Part shown: one piece after another, positions 42,423 through 54,759 of the stretch
Numbering within the stretch: the first letter of the stretch is position 1
How the letters are laid out: every line of letters begins with the position of its first letter
NCBI GenBank assembly: GCA_951406725.2
Contig: OX597828.1
Span: forward strand, 46,376,001-46,440,000
DNA length: 64,000 nt
DNA from: Octopus vulgaris
Lineage: Eukaryota
Direction: 5' to 3'
Position numbers and translations under genes: made by a program
Notes under the pieces: generated by a model
Database searches by the model: none
What the model saw: only the letters and a program-made list of their open reading frames with translations
What the model was told of the DNA's origin: nothing

Positions 42423-42482
<60 letters not shown>

Positions 42483-42628
42483 GACTGGTTTCTTTCAGTT
42501 TCCGTCTACCAAATCCACTCACAAGGCTTTGTTCGGCCCGAGGCTATAATAGAAGACACTTGCCCAAGGTGCCACGCAACGGGACTGAACCCGGAACCAT
42601 GTGGTTGGCAAGCAAGCTACTTAACACA
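42212..42628 (-). mobile_element. SINE A, inverted relative to both neighbours
   Basis: Reverse complement of family A. Confidence 0.88.
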
Positions 42629-42823
42629 TAGACACGGGGTTCAGTTCACATGTGATTTAAATAATTAGGTATGCTAAGTAAGTGCTGCAACGGATTACTG
42701 AGGCTCCAAGGTCATAACCGAGACGGTAGTTACGGAGCCATTTCCGATGCAGCGGATATATAATAGTTAAACAGGACGCCAAACATTAAGGCAAGAAAAA
42801 CATCTGAAGTCATATACAATATA

Positions 42824-42998
42824 GGCCCCGGAGTGGCTGTGTGGTAAGTAGCTTGCTTACCAACCACATGGTTCCGGGTTCAGTCCCACTGCGTGGCATC
42901 TTGGGCAAGTGTCTTCTGCTATAGCCTCGGGCCGACCAATGCCTTGTGAGTGGATTTGGTAGACGGAAACTGACAGAAGCCTGTCGTATATATGTATG

Positions 42999-43029
<31 letters not shown>

Positions 43030-43247
43030 ATATGTTTGTGTGTCTGTGTTTGTTCCCCCACCATCGCTTGACAACCGATGCTGGCGCGTTTACGTCCCCG
43101 TCACTTAGCGGTTCGGCAAAAAGAGACCGATAGAATAAGTACTAGGCTTACAAAAAATAAGTCCCGGGGTCGATTTGCTCGACTAAAGGTGGTGCTCGAG
43201 CATGGCCGCAGTCAAATGACTGAAACAAGTAAAAGAGTAAAAGAGTA
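42824..43247 (+). mobile_element. SINE A, full length and young
   Basis: Complete from head to tail. Confidence 0.9.
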
Positions 43248-43454
43248 ATATTATTAACTGAAGAAATTCAAAATATTACAGCTCTTTTGGGGATATATTT
43301 GAGTATGGGATATTCCGTCATCAGAGAGAAATTGCAGGTAAAATATGGTAAATGAGAATGGTATCTTCTTTCTCTTTCTTCTTTATCTAGTTCCAGCTCA
43401 CAAGCTGTGGCCATGCTGGGGCACCGCCATTTGGTGTTGCTACATTATTTTACT

Positions 43455-46400
43455 TCACGAATTCTTTTTAGCAATTGCCATTTGGTGCATGAGAGAGTTC
43501 GATGCAGCTGCCCTCATCTGCACCTCCTGCCGTGAAGTTGGTTCATCTGGGATATCTGACAAGAAGAGATTCAGTTTTATTTTAAAGACATCTACATCCA
43601 CCCCATGCAGGTCTCTTAGGTTCTTCGGGAGGATATTGAAGAGCTGTGGGCCTCGGAAGATCAGGCTATCACAGTATCTTGTCCTACATCTTGATGGCAA
43701 ATTTGGAGTCCTTGGCACTATGCAGTGGCGCCCAGTTCTGGCATTTGTGTAACTCTCGATGCCAAAGCTTGGGACAAGTCCTTCTAGGATCTTCCAGATG
43801 TATATTATGGCATATCTTTCTCGCCTACGCTCTAAGGAATAGAGTCGCAATCTCTTAAGTCTTTCCCAATAGCTTATATGCTGCACAGAGGCTATCTTCT
43901 TCGTGTAGCTTCGTTGGATCGCCTCAAGTTCTGTGATTAACTTGACACTGGATGGTGACCATAGCTGAGAGCAATAGTCAAACTGGCTTAGGACAAGTGT
44001 CCTCCAGAGGACCATCATGGTTTCCTGGTCTCTTGTTCTAAAGCTTCTAAGAATCCATTCAGTCAGCCGCCTACATTTCATTGCCAATTTAGCAACATGC
44101 ACATGAAATGTTGCATCATCACTCATGTAAATACCCAGGTCTCTCTCCAGGTCCAGTGTATTTATTGGGTATTGCATTTAGTTTTGCATGCTGATAGCAT
44201 AAAGCTTGAAACCTTTCAGCATTGAACTGCATGCTATTCTTTTCAGCCCACTTGTATATTTTGTCCAGCTCACATTGCAAGTGCATAGTGTCTTCAGGGT
44301 TCTGTATTGCCTGTGAAACATTTGTATCATCTGCATAACTTGTGATCGTGGCTCTCTGCGTGACTGAGGGCATGTCTGAGAGGGCCATTATGAACAGTAG
44401 TGGTCCCAGAACAGTGCCTTGCGGAACACCGCTCACTATTTGCGTGTTAATGGAAGTGGCCCCATTGGCTACTACCACCTGACTTCTATCCTTCAGAAAG
44501 TCATGAAGTCATTCTCCCAACTATGCCAAGATCACGCAGTTTGCGACATAGCATTCCATGATCGACTTTATCAAATGCCTTTGCAAAGTCGAGATATATG
44601 ACTTCCACATTTGAGTGGTTGAGCAGTCGTTTCAACACCCAGTCATAGTGTTGTAGGAGCTGAGTTAAACAGCTTCTTCCTGGTCGGAAACCATGTTGGG
44701 TGTCAGGCAGCAAGTCATTTTCTTCAAGGAAGGTGATTAGTTTCCTTCTGACTATTCGTTCCATGACCTTGCTGATGTGTGAGGTCAGAGAGATAGGTAT
44801 GTAGTTCTTGGCCTCCGCTCTGCTACCTCCTTTATGAATAGGGCATATTTTACCTTCCTTCAGTTTTCTTGAACGTTTGCCAGTTGCAAGGAAGCTCTGA
44901 AAGAGGAACTGCAGTGGTCTTGCTAGGACTCTCTTACATACTTTTAGAAGGATTGCTGGGAATCCATCGGGGCCAGTAGCTGAGGTTGTTTTCATTTCAT
45001 CAATAGCCTTTATTACATCGTCTTCCTTTATATTAATGCAATCAATCATCGCTGCCTCTGATTTTATATCTGCAGTGGTAAAGAAGTCAGTTGGATTGCT
45101 GACTTGAAAATGCCCTAGGAGTGGAGTGAACACACTCTTGAATTGCTCATTTAGTATTTCACTTACCCTCATTGGATTTCCTGTGAGTGTGCCATCCTTT
45201 TCAAGGAGTGGCCCTATCCTACAGTGCACCGTAGCTGTTTCTTTGGCATAGAAAGCTCTGGGGTTAGATTTTATGTTGTCTATAGCCCAGGCTTCTTTGT
45301 CTGCTCTTCCTTTTTCACGGGAAAGTTGCAGACATTTTTCAATTTCTAACAGTTTTATTTTCAGGCGGGACTTTTCACTGCTTTCAATTTGTTTGTTTAG
45401 GCGATTTGAAACTTTTGTACACCGTCTCATTAGAATTTTCCTCTCTCTGGGGATTTTGCTCTTGTGTACAGTGGCCTTTCTCTCTGGGACACATTTGTAG
45501 CATATGGCTTGCATTACAGATATGAATTGTTGAAGTTTCATGTCGATGTCTGGCGAGGAGAGACATTCAGGCCAGTTTTGTTTGAGGATCTCTTTCTCAA
45601 TTTGTTTCCAGTTTGCCTTATGGAAGTTCAAGCTTGAAAGATTCTGAGAGTTTCTTGTAGGCTGCATGTCCATGCTTTCCTTTGGCCCGTACATGGTCAG
45701 CTCTACCATGATGTGATCCGAGAGTAGTGTCGGTGTCACTTTCACATTATGGATGAGATCCATATTATTTGTGAAGCAGAGATCCAGTATGTGACCTGCC
45801 CTGGTTGGTTGGAGTATCACTTGCTCCATGTACAGAGTGTTGATGAGGTTCAGGAGTGACCTCGCCTTTCCTCGTTCGCATCGTGTCATTCCTGTGAGAG
45901 AAAGGCCCTTGGGCCATCTGAAATTGGGTAGATTGAAGTCACCCATAAGAAGTACACTTATGTGTTGTTCTAATTGTTACTAGAACAACTTCTATTTTTA
46001 TAAGGCAGTCTTCAAACTTGCCTACATGGCTTGGGGCATCTGGAGGGCGATATGTAGCACATATAACTACACCAAGTTGCCTTATATGTACAATTAGCAT
46101 GTAACTCACCGAATTTGAGTATGACAAAAGGACCTGGGATGTGAGGTTTTCACGGATGTACATAGCAACTCCTCCATGACTCCTTTCTTTTCTGTCGGTC
46201 CGTAGTACAACATACTGTGCTATGTGTATTTCCGCATCTGGTATGTCCGGTTTCAGGTGTGTTTCCGTAAGTGCTATGCATAAGGCTTGATGGCATGCAA
46301 CAAAGTCTCTCAAGAACGGGATTTTTGTCCTGTTACTGAGTGTTATCAGTCCTCTGATGTTCAGTAGGAGCATCGAGGTGATGTGTATGCTGTTGCCGAC

Positions 46401-46517
46401 GGTGTCCACCTTGGGTCTATTTGCTGTGGCGGTCTTGTGTATTGGGGATAGTCCCATCTGCGAGTTTGAGTTTGATGGATCCAGGTTAGATGCTGTACAA
46501 TCTTTTGTGCCATGCAC
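43455..46517 (-). pseudogene. LINE ORF2 (apurinic endonuclease and reverse transcriptase) split by frameshifts
   Basis: APE motifs LNIRGL, LTETHL, YRPP, GDFN, LDL, SDH; RT motifs QHGFRPGRSC, YLDFAKAFDKV, GVPQGTVLGPLLF, YADD, ERDLG; spread over ORFs 45939-46517, 44501-45946, 44119-44478 and 43455-44177. Confidence 0.93.
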
Positions 46518-47065
46518 AAAAAAGATTCTTGTTCAGCAGCTGCTCTTTCAATAACATGTTGGCGGTTTGTAGCACGCACCACATCTGCGTACCTCCGTTT
46601 TGGGGCAGGTGGTGCGTGGTCCATTCCTTTTCCTTTTGGTAGTTGGTTTCTAACCTGTTTCATGTTTATGTGGCTGGGTCGTTGATGTGCAAAACGGCAG
46701 CCTGCACCTTCGTCTCCATGCCAGCAGACACCTTTCAGGTAGAACTTACACATTCGTGTGCGCTGTCTGTTTCTATCCTTTTTGGTACATGGATAGTCAG
46801 GTTTGCTTCTATCCTTGGCTGTTTCATCTTTTGGTTTTGTTTGAGTTTTAGTTTTTCCTTCTTTGGCTGTTTCATCTTTTGTTTTTCTTTTAGTTTTTCC
46901 TCCTTTTATTTCTTTTTTGGCTCTTTCATCTCCATGGTTTTGGCTTTTGGTGCTGGTAGGAGCATTTGCACTTGGGTTTATATCAATAAGATGACAGCAT
47001 AGAGGAAGGTAGTAAAAGAATAAGGAGATGGGAAGAGAAAAGAAAAAAGAGGCATAACAGTTCAT
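46361..47065 (-). pseudogene. putative LINE ORF1 remnant with a basic region and CCCH zinc finger
   Basis: Lys-rich repeats, then CKFYLKGVCWHGDEGAGCRFAH (C-x7-C-x8-C-x3-H), directly upstream of the APE domain. Confidence 0.6.
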
Positions 47066-48381
47066 AGTTCAACTTTCCAAAGTTATAGAAAACAAAAGCA
47101 TGAGTCATTAGGTGAGATCCAGCGTATATCCATGTGGGTTAAAGTCCTGATATAATAGACATTCCAAGAAAACTACGCGAGCATATCAACGTTCAGGAGC
47201 AGAATATTGTTATAATTGCCTGTTGTTGGATGTGAGAGATGGACAATGCATGAAGTTTTAAGAAAGTATTTATTTAGCGTTACGTTACAATACCTTGCCT
47301 GGACGGGCAGGTTATGATAAATCCAAAAGCATGCGAAGTAAAGTTTGTGTTTGGGTTCTCTTCATTGTTTAGTAGTATTTGCGGAGAGAGATAGAATGAT
47401 GTTGTAAGAGAACTGAATTAGAGCTAGTGAAAGTTGTAGGGTGTTGTGTCACTGTTGCTGACAGTATATTCCATTTCTCTCGCTGACCATTATCTTTAGT
47501 AGAGGTATTCCTTGTGATCATGATTCTAGCAGTCTGTTCTCTAATTAATTGAGTTGTCACGAGCTGCCTCGTTTAGTTGTCGCCAAGTGACTACTTGGTT
47601 TTTGCTTGGGGGTTCTTGCTTTTATAGCTATCCAGAAGGATAGATATGTCATTGAGAACAATAGGTTTAGTTGGTGGTCTTATCTCTATTCTAGCTTTTG
47701 GTGAAGTAGAAGAGGATAGAAAGTGTCAAGTGGTGAAGACATTATTTCGGCCTAGCTAAAGGCATCTGGAAAATATAAAACTGCTGTCAGAGAAAGACCA
47801 TTGTTCCACCGTGGGAGAAGTTCTGTTTTAGTGTTAATTTAAATTTGGCTATGTTGGATCGCTTCACTTCATACAGGCATGATCCACTACGGGTTAGTAT
47901 CCTCAACGGTATTTGTTGCTTTCTTACGGTTATTGCTTTTCACGTTTCGAGTTCAAATCCGAAATCAGTTAACTCTTCCTTTTGCTCTTTCGCAAGTCGT
48001 TGAAACAAAGTATCAGTAAAGTATACACTATCTGATCTATGAAATTTAGTTGCCAAGTTTTTGACCTTGTCAATATGTTACTAGTTATAAGTTATGTAAT
48101 ATACATATATATATATATATATATGAGTGTGTGTGTGTGTGTGTGTTTGTATGTGTGTGTATGAGCGTGTGTGCGGGTGTGTGTGAGTGTTAGTGTGTGT
48201 GTGTTCGCGCGCCTATATATGCGACCTACTCATACGTTTTTAAGTATTTGCTCGTATGTAGAAATATACACTTAGAAAAATATCACGTGAAGTTTAGTCA
48301 TTACACACACACACAATCACACACACACACAATCTCACACACACACGCACAAATACACAAACACATATATAGGTATATATA

Positions 48382-48425
<44 letters not shown>

Positions 48426-48457
48426 GTGTGTGTGTGTATACACACATATGTATATAC

Positions 48458-48504
<47 letters not shown>

Positions 48505-48505
48505 T

Positions 48506-48584
<79 letters not shown>

Positions 48585-48783
48585 TGTCTTCTTCTTTGAG
48601 TGAGAAAGAGAGAGTCGTGTGGAGCAATGACTAACATCGGTGTGAGAGAAAAATGTCCAAGATAAAAGATTTCTAGATAAATTAGATAACAATCCTGACT
48701 TCCGTCTTCGTGGTGATCTTTGTCCTGCCTCAGTGTAAACAATGCACAGTCAAAAGTACGCATACTCACACACACACACACAC

Positions 48784-48825
<42 letters not shown>

Positions 48826-49321
48826 CATTCATACATATATATATATACATACATACATACATACATACATACATACATACATAAATACGCACGGACGCAT
48901 GACTGTGCGGTTAAAACGTTCACTCACAACAGCATGGTTCCTGGAACGATCTTACGTTGATACAGCATGGCACCACGACCACCTGCGTGGTAATATAGAT
49001 TCCATCTACAAACACCATATCTGAGGTGCCCATGATGCCACGTAGTGGGAATGAACCCGGAACCATGTAGTTGGTAAGCAAGCTACTTACCACACAGCCA
49101 CTCCTGCGCACTACTACTACTAATAATGATGATTTCAAATCTTGGAACTAGGCCAGCAAGTTCGGGAAAAAGCTTAAGTCAATTATATCGACCCCAGTGG
49201 AATTTGTGCAGCAAATGGAGGAGGAGGAGGGGAAGAGGGAGGGGAGGGGAGGGGAGGGGGAGGAGGTGGGGAGGAGGAGGAGGAAGGTGTAGTGCAACAG
49301 CGACTATAAAATTCTCATTGT

Positions 49322-49335
49322 GTTTCTATGGCAAC
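49322..49335. promoter_or_regulatory. candidate RFX X-box
   Basis: GTTTCTATGGCAAC matches the X-box consensus; followed by half-site-like CTATAGTAAC; motif only. Confidence 0.35.
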
Positions 49336-49784
49336 GATCACTATAGTAACAATAGCAAACAACGTTTACTTGCTTGTTTACATATGATGCTTTTGAGTTT
49401 CATCTGCCGTCGACAAAATTGGGTAACAATAATATAACGTAGATATGAAGTACCTGTCGTCACGTTCAAAGTGCAGCGGCTACTTAGTGCAACATGAAAA
49501 ACTGGAGACACTATGCAATCGCCAGATCTCCGGATCTGTTTGTGACAGGAGATAAATTTCCTCCAAAAATACTCAACTGTATTGAAATATAAAAGACACA
49601 TTGGGTAATGTAGCTGTTAATGTACAAGCACATGGTCTTAAAAGCTGGAATGCTTATATAATATATCGCTTCTACTTGGTCTGAGCTAAGTTTAAGCATC
49701 AAAGACGTATTCTGATGCTGAAGCTAAGGAAAAATCATTGCCCATGAACAGAAAATGACCGCTAGTATTTAGTGAATGTAAGGC

Positions 49785-49982
49785 AGCGTGCTGGCACGCC
49801 GGGCAAAATATTTGGCGGGGTTTCGTCTGTCTTTACGTTCTGAGTTGAAATTACGCCGAGATTGACTTTACCTTTCATCCTTCCGTGGTCGATGAAATAA
49901 TTACCTGTTGAACACTGGGGTCGATGTAATCGACTTATCCCCAACCCCGAACATGCTGGCCTGGAGCCGAAATTTGAAATCA
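49785..49982 (+). mobile_element. SINE D, alternative-tail variant
   Basis: D body followed by GCTGGCCTGGAGCCGAAATTTGAAATC instead of the AATAAA-type tail. Confidence 0.7.
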
Positions 49983-50115
49983 ATGTCTTCAGTGAAGTAA
50001 TATATAAACAACTTGTCAGAGACGCATAGCCTAATGGTACAGAGAGCTCAGCCAATATCTAAGAATTACAGGCGTCGATTCTTTGTAGTCACCTGCAAGC
50101 AACTTTCTGAAATGT

Positions 50116-50632
50116 GGTAAGCTGGCAGAATCGTTAGCACACCGGACGAAATGCTTAGAGACATTTCGCTTTCCTTTACGTTCTGAGTTCAATTTCTGCC
50201 AAGCTATCTATGCTCTCATCCTCTCAGGATCGATAAAATAAGTACCAGTTTATTTATTGTTTGTTCCTTCTCGAGCCATGCCTGGCACATAAGGGCCGGT
50301 TTCCCAGTTTTATTGGAATATAGGTTCCTAACTTGGACGGGACGCCGATCCGTCGCAGGTGAGCTCCAAGATGCAGGAGGAAAGAGTGAGAGAAAGTTAT
50401 GACGAAAATGTCAGCAGAAGTTCGCCATTACCTTCTGCCGGAGTCGAGTGGAGCTTAGGTGTTTCGCTCATAAACACACACATCGCCCGGTCTGAGATTC
50501 GAACACGCGATTCCGCGACCGCGAATTCGCTGCTCTAATCACTAGGCTCCCACTACCAGTTGAGTACTGGGTTCGATTTAATCGACTTAACATTCCTTCA
50601 AAATTGCTGGTCTTGTGCCAAAATTCGAAACT
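50116..50632 (+). mobile_element. SINE D interrupted by a minus-strand SINE C (50251-50553)
   Basis: TACCAGTT duplicated at 50243-50250 and 50554-50561; the D sequence resumes in register afterwards. Confidence 0.8.
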
Positions 50633-51279
50633 AATATTTAAACAGGTAGAAACTATGAAGATAGAGAAAAAAAATACAATATAAGTGAATAAGTAATATA
50701 ACTTGATTAATAGTGCCAAATATGGAAAACAATTCCTGGTATGTTTGGATATTATTATACTCTCATCAGTAAATCATTTTTTTTTTCATTCTTTTGCCGA
50801 AATAGAGTCGAAACCATCAAATCCATATTTAGGGAATTCGGCACTTGCTGCTGAGTTTACCAAATATCGGTCAATACCATTCCAAAAATACTGATCCTCT
50901 TAAAGAATGTTTAGCTAGCAGGTTAACAATCTTAAGAATTTGTCTTTGCTAATTTTTCAGAGAATCTTATTGACATTATCACTGGAAACAGTGAAAAAGA
51001 GGTGGTGAATTTATGAGTCCTAGTTTCCCGTAAAGCTAATTTATTTTAATGATTCTAGCAGCTGAACTTGACAGAATTTACCTGATAAACTCAATGGATG
51101 GATACTAAGGAATTATTTATTTATAAAATTTATATCTATTTACGTTTGGTTGATGGCAAAATACTAAATCGGGATGAAATGCTAAGATAACATTAAACAA
51201 CAGCAGCAACAAACATACACTATCATCGCTACCACATCTACAGCAACTCGTCTACCATTACTAATACTAGTAATAATAA

Positions 51280-51492
51280 AGATTTCAAATTTTGGCATAA
51301 GGCTAGGAATTTAGTGGGAGAGGATAAATCGATTACATTGACACCAGTACTTATCTGGTACTTATTTTATTGACCCTGAAAAGATGGAAGGCAAAGTCCA
51401 TCTCGGCAGAATTTGAACTCAGAACTTAAGTAGAACGAACTGCCGCTAAACATTTTGTCCGGAGCCGTAACAATTCTGCCGGTTACCCGCCT
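51280..51492 (-). mobile_element. SINE D, diverged
   Basis: GGCAAAGTCCATCTCGGCAGAATTTGAACTCAGAAC is the reverse complement of the D body. Confidence 0.7.
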
Positions 51493-51500
51493 TATCACTG

Positions 51501-51712
51501 CTCTTTTACTCTTTTACTTGTTTCAGTCATTTGACTGTACCATGCTGGAGCATCGCATGTAGTCGAGCAAATCGAGCCCGGGATTTATTCTTTGTAAGCC
51601 AAGTACTTATTCTATCGGACTCATTTGCCGAACCGCTAAGTTACGGGTACGTAAACACACCAGCATCGGCTGTGAAGCGATTTGGGGGTGATGGACAAAC
51701 ACAGACACACAA

Positions 51713-51748
<36 letters not shown>

Positions 51749-51923
51749 TTATACATATATACGATGGGCTTCTTTCAGTTTCCGTCTACTAAATTCACAC
51801 ACAAGGCTTTGGTCGGCCAGAGGCTATAGTAGAAGACTCTTGCCCAAGTTCGCACGCAGTGGAAATGAACCCGGAATCATGTGGTTGGTAAGCAAGCTAC
51901 TTACCACACGGCCACTCCTGCGC
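51501..51923 (-). mobile_element. SINE A, full length
   Basis: Reverse complement of family A from tail to CCACTCCTGCGC. Confidence 0.88.
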
Positions 51924-52110
51924 ACTACTACTACTACTAATAATGATGATTTCAAATCTTGGTACTAGGCCAGCAAGTTCGGGAAAAAGCTTAAGTCAAT
52001 TACAGTACTCAACTGGTACTTACTTTATCGACCTGTAAATGATGAAAGATAAAGACGACACATGCGGGATTTGAGCTACGAACGGAATGAGTCGGAAGAA
52101 ACGCCGCTAT

Positions 52111-52543
52111 GCAGACGAAATACCTACTTCTTTATTACCCACAAGGGGCTAAACACAGAGAGGACAAACATGGACAGACAAACGGATTAAGTCGATTACA
52201 TTGACCCCAGTGCGTAACTGGTACTTAATTTATCGACCCAGAAAGGATGAAATGCAAAGTCGACCTCGGCAGAATTTTAACTCAGAACGTAACGGCAGAC
52301 GAAATACCTATTTCTTTATTACCCACAAGGGGCTAAACATAGATGGGACAAACAAGGACAGACATAGGTATTAAGTTGATTACATCGACCCTAGTGCGTA
52401 ACTGGTACTTAATTTATCGACCCCGAAAGGATGAAAGGCAAAGTCGACCTCGGTGGAATTTGAACTCAGAACGTAACGGCAGACGAAATACGAGTACGCA
52501 TTTCGCCCGGCGTGCTAACGATTCTGTCAGCTCGTCGCCTCAA
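52111..52543 (-). mobile_element. tandem head-to-tail SINE D dimer
   Basis: GCAGACGAAATAC recurs at about 52111, 52296 and 52479 with about 185-bp spacing. Confidence 0.85.
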
Positions 52544-53267
52544 TAATATCCTAAAACGATTACAGTTGCTTGTATATTCCTTCTAGCTGAAGTACAGGCT
52601 TAGAGTCTGTGGCATGACATCTTGGACGAGTGTCAGTTTTTGTTGCATCACGTCGTTGCGAATAATACGAAGTACCGATGCAAAAGTTCGTCGGGTGTTT
52701 CGAAGGTCACCTTCTCTATCTGAGAACTCCGTTAAGGGTACACTACACATATCTGTGAGATATTCCGTCTTTTCAATGAGTCTGGAAATAAGCAGATCGA
52801 GGTTGGAATTTCCAACAGAGAACTGTTGTTATTATACATACTCATTGTCCATATTTACGTTCTGAGTTCAAACTCTGTCGAGGCCGACCTTACTTTTCAT
52901 CTTTTCGGGGTTGTAGAAATAAGTCCCCGTTGAGCACTGGAGACGATATAATCATTTTCAGTCAATTTTCTTTCCCAAAGATCAGGGCCTTGATATAGGT
53001 ATAAATTTGTTACAACACCAACAGAGAAATTTTATCCTATATATTTCGACTTTATGTGTTCTGACATTTTGATAAGGACCTTAAAACATCGTCCTTTTAA
53101 CACCACCGCCTGGTTATTGCGACCATTCAATAGAACAAGCATTCGAATAAAATCTCTAGTTTGAAAGTAACATCCTATTTTACATCCCCAGTCTCAGAGA
53201 GCCTGAAACGATAATAGGTTATGGGTTCGACACCTCTCTCTGTGACTTAATCATAAGAATCTTTAAG

Positions 53268-53421
53268 AGGCGCAGATATGGTCGTGTGGCAAGAAGGTAG
53301 CTTCCCAACCGCATGGTTCCGAGTTTCATAGGGCACATTGTGAACCTCCACTGGAGCCCTGAGCCGAGTCGATCAAAGACTTGTGAATAAATTTGATACC
53401 CGACAATGATAAAAGCACGTC

Positions 53422-53490
<69 letters not shown>

Positions 53491-53824
53491 AAGTATAGGT
53501 GGTATACGAGTGGGTATATATTTATAAAAAAGAAGTTTGAAAACGCCATTATATAAGATAAATTTTAATTTTCTGAGAGATTTTAGTGTAAGCCAACGAT
53601 TCTAGTCAACGCACAAGACAACCATTATGTTACCACACATAAAACGCTACCACGTGGACTCTGATGAAACTAGTAAAAAATAATTATGAACTTTTCTTTT
53701 ATTACACTTAACTTTTAAAAATATATTTTTTTGATAAGGTTCGTTTATTTCAAGAAGAACCGAAACATGTAAAATATCTCAGAAAATTTTAATTTATCTT
53801 ATATAGTGGCGTTTCCAAACTTCT

Positions 53825-53885
<61 letters not shown>

Positions 53886-54062
53886 TGGGGGCCCGCTCTG
53901 TGTGTGTTTATTCTCCACCACGCTTGACAACAGGAGTTGGTTTGTTTATATCTCCGTAACTTAGTGGTTCGGCAAAATCTGACCAATAGAATAAGTACTG
54001 GGGTCAAGATGGTACCCCAGAATAGCCACAGTCTAATGACTGAAATAAGTAAATGATAAGAC
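53268..54062 (+). mobile_element. diverged SINE A with an insert in its internal TA tract
   Basis: Head 53268-53425 and 3' half 53895-54062 flank the island at 53490-53825. Confidence 0.7.
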
Positions 54063-54421
54063 ATACTACATATAGTATTAATTAAATTATTCTTTCAGTT
54101 AAGTGATAGGATTTCGAATATGGAAAATTCTATAAGCCCCGCCCCTACAAATGTTAGGTCTACTCCACAAGGGGCTTTGATACTGCTAGACATCGTAACC
54201 ATACCTTCATCAGACGACAGTTACTTAAAATATTCTTCAAAGCAAAGGTCTCGGTTTCTATTTTGCAGCACGTCATCTTGAGTGAGTGTCATTTTCTATA
54301 TCAAGGAAACATTGGATAATACAGTTCAGAGGCCTCTACCTCTGATAAGACAGAAGAGGTAGTCATCACTGGATCACCTTTGGTAATAGGTATTCTAAAT
54401 AAACATCAACAATCTCAATTT

Positions 54422-54495
<74 letters not shown>

Positions 54496-54759
54496 AACCT
54501 CATTTGCAAAACTAGAACTTTTTGTAGATCACACAAGAACTCACACGATCTACAGTAATACTCAACCGGTACTTAGTCCATTGAACCCAGAAGGTTATAA
54601 AGACAACACTGAGCTCAGCAGAATTTGAACCCACCCATAAAATAGTAGTGCCACGACGAATCACTACTACATGGTATTACATCCGAAATTCTAATATTGT
54701 GGTCAGATTTCGTATGGCAGGTCAGTTTGTGACTAGTTTGTGTACATATGCCTCTCCTC

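Larger units (their letters stand above)
43370..47699 (-). mobile_element. near-full-length CR1-group LINE (ORF1, APE, RT), inactivated
   Basis: Ordered ORF1, endonuclease, RT, C-terminus and hairpin 3' tail on minus; the 5' boundary is inferred from a repeat shared with 39015-39145 that ends at CTAGCTTTT. Confidence 0.9.

Noticed and set aside
43345-47720. Target-site duplication for the long LINE
   Set aside because: Flanks show only loose purine-rich similarity, with no clear duplication
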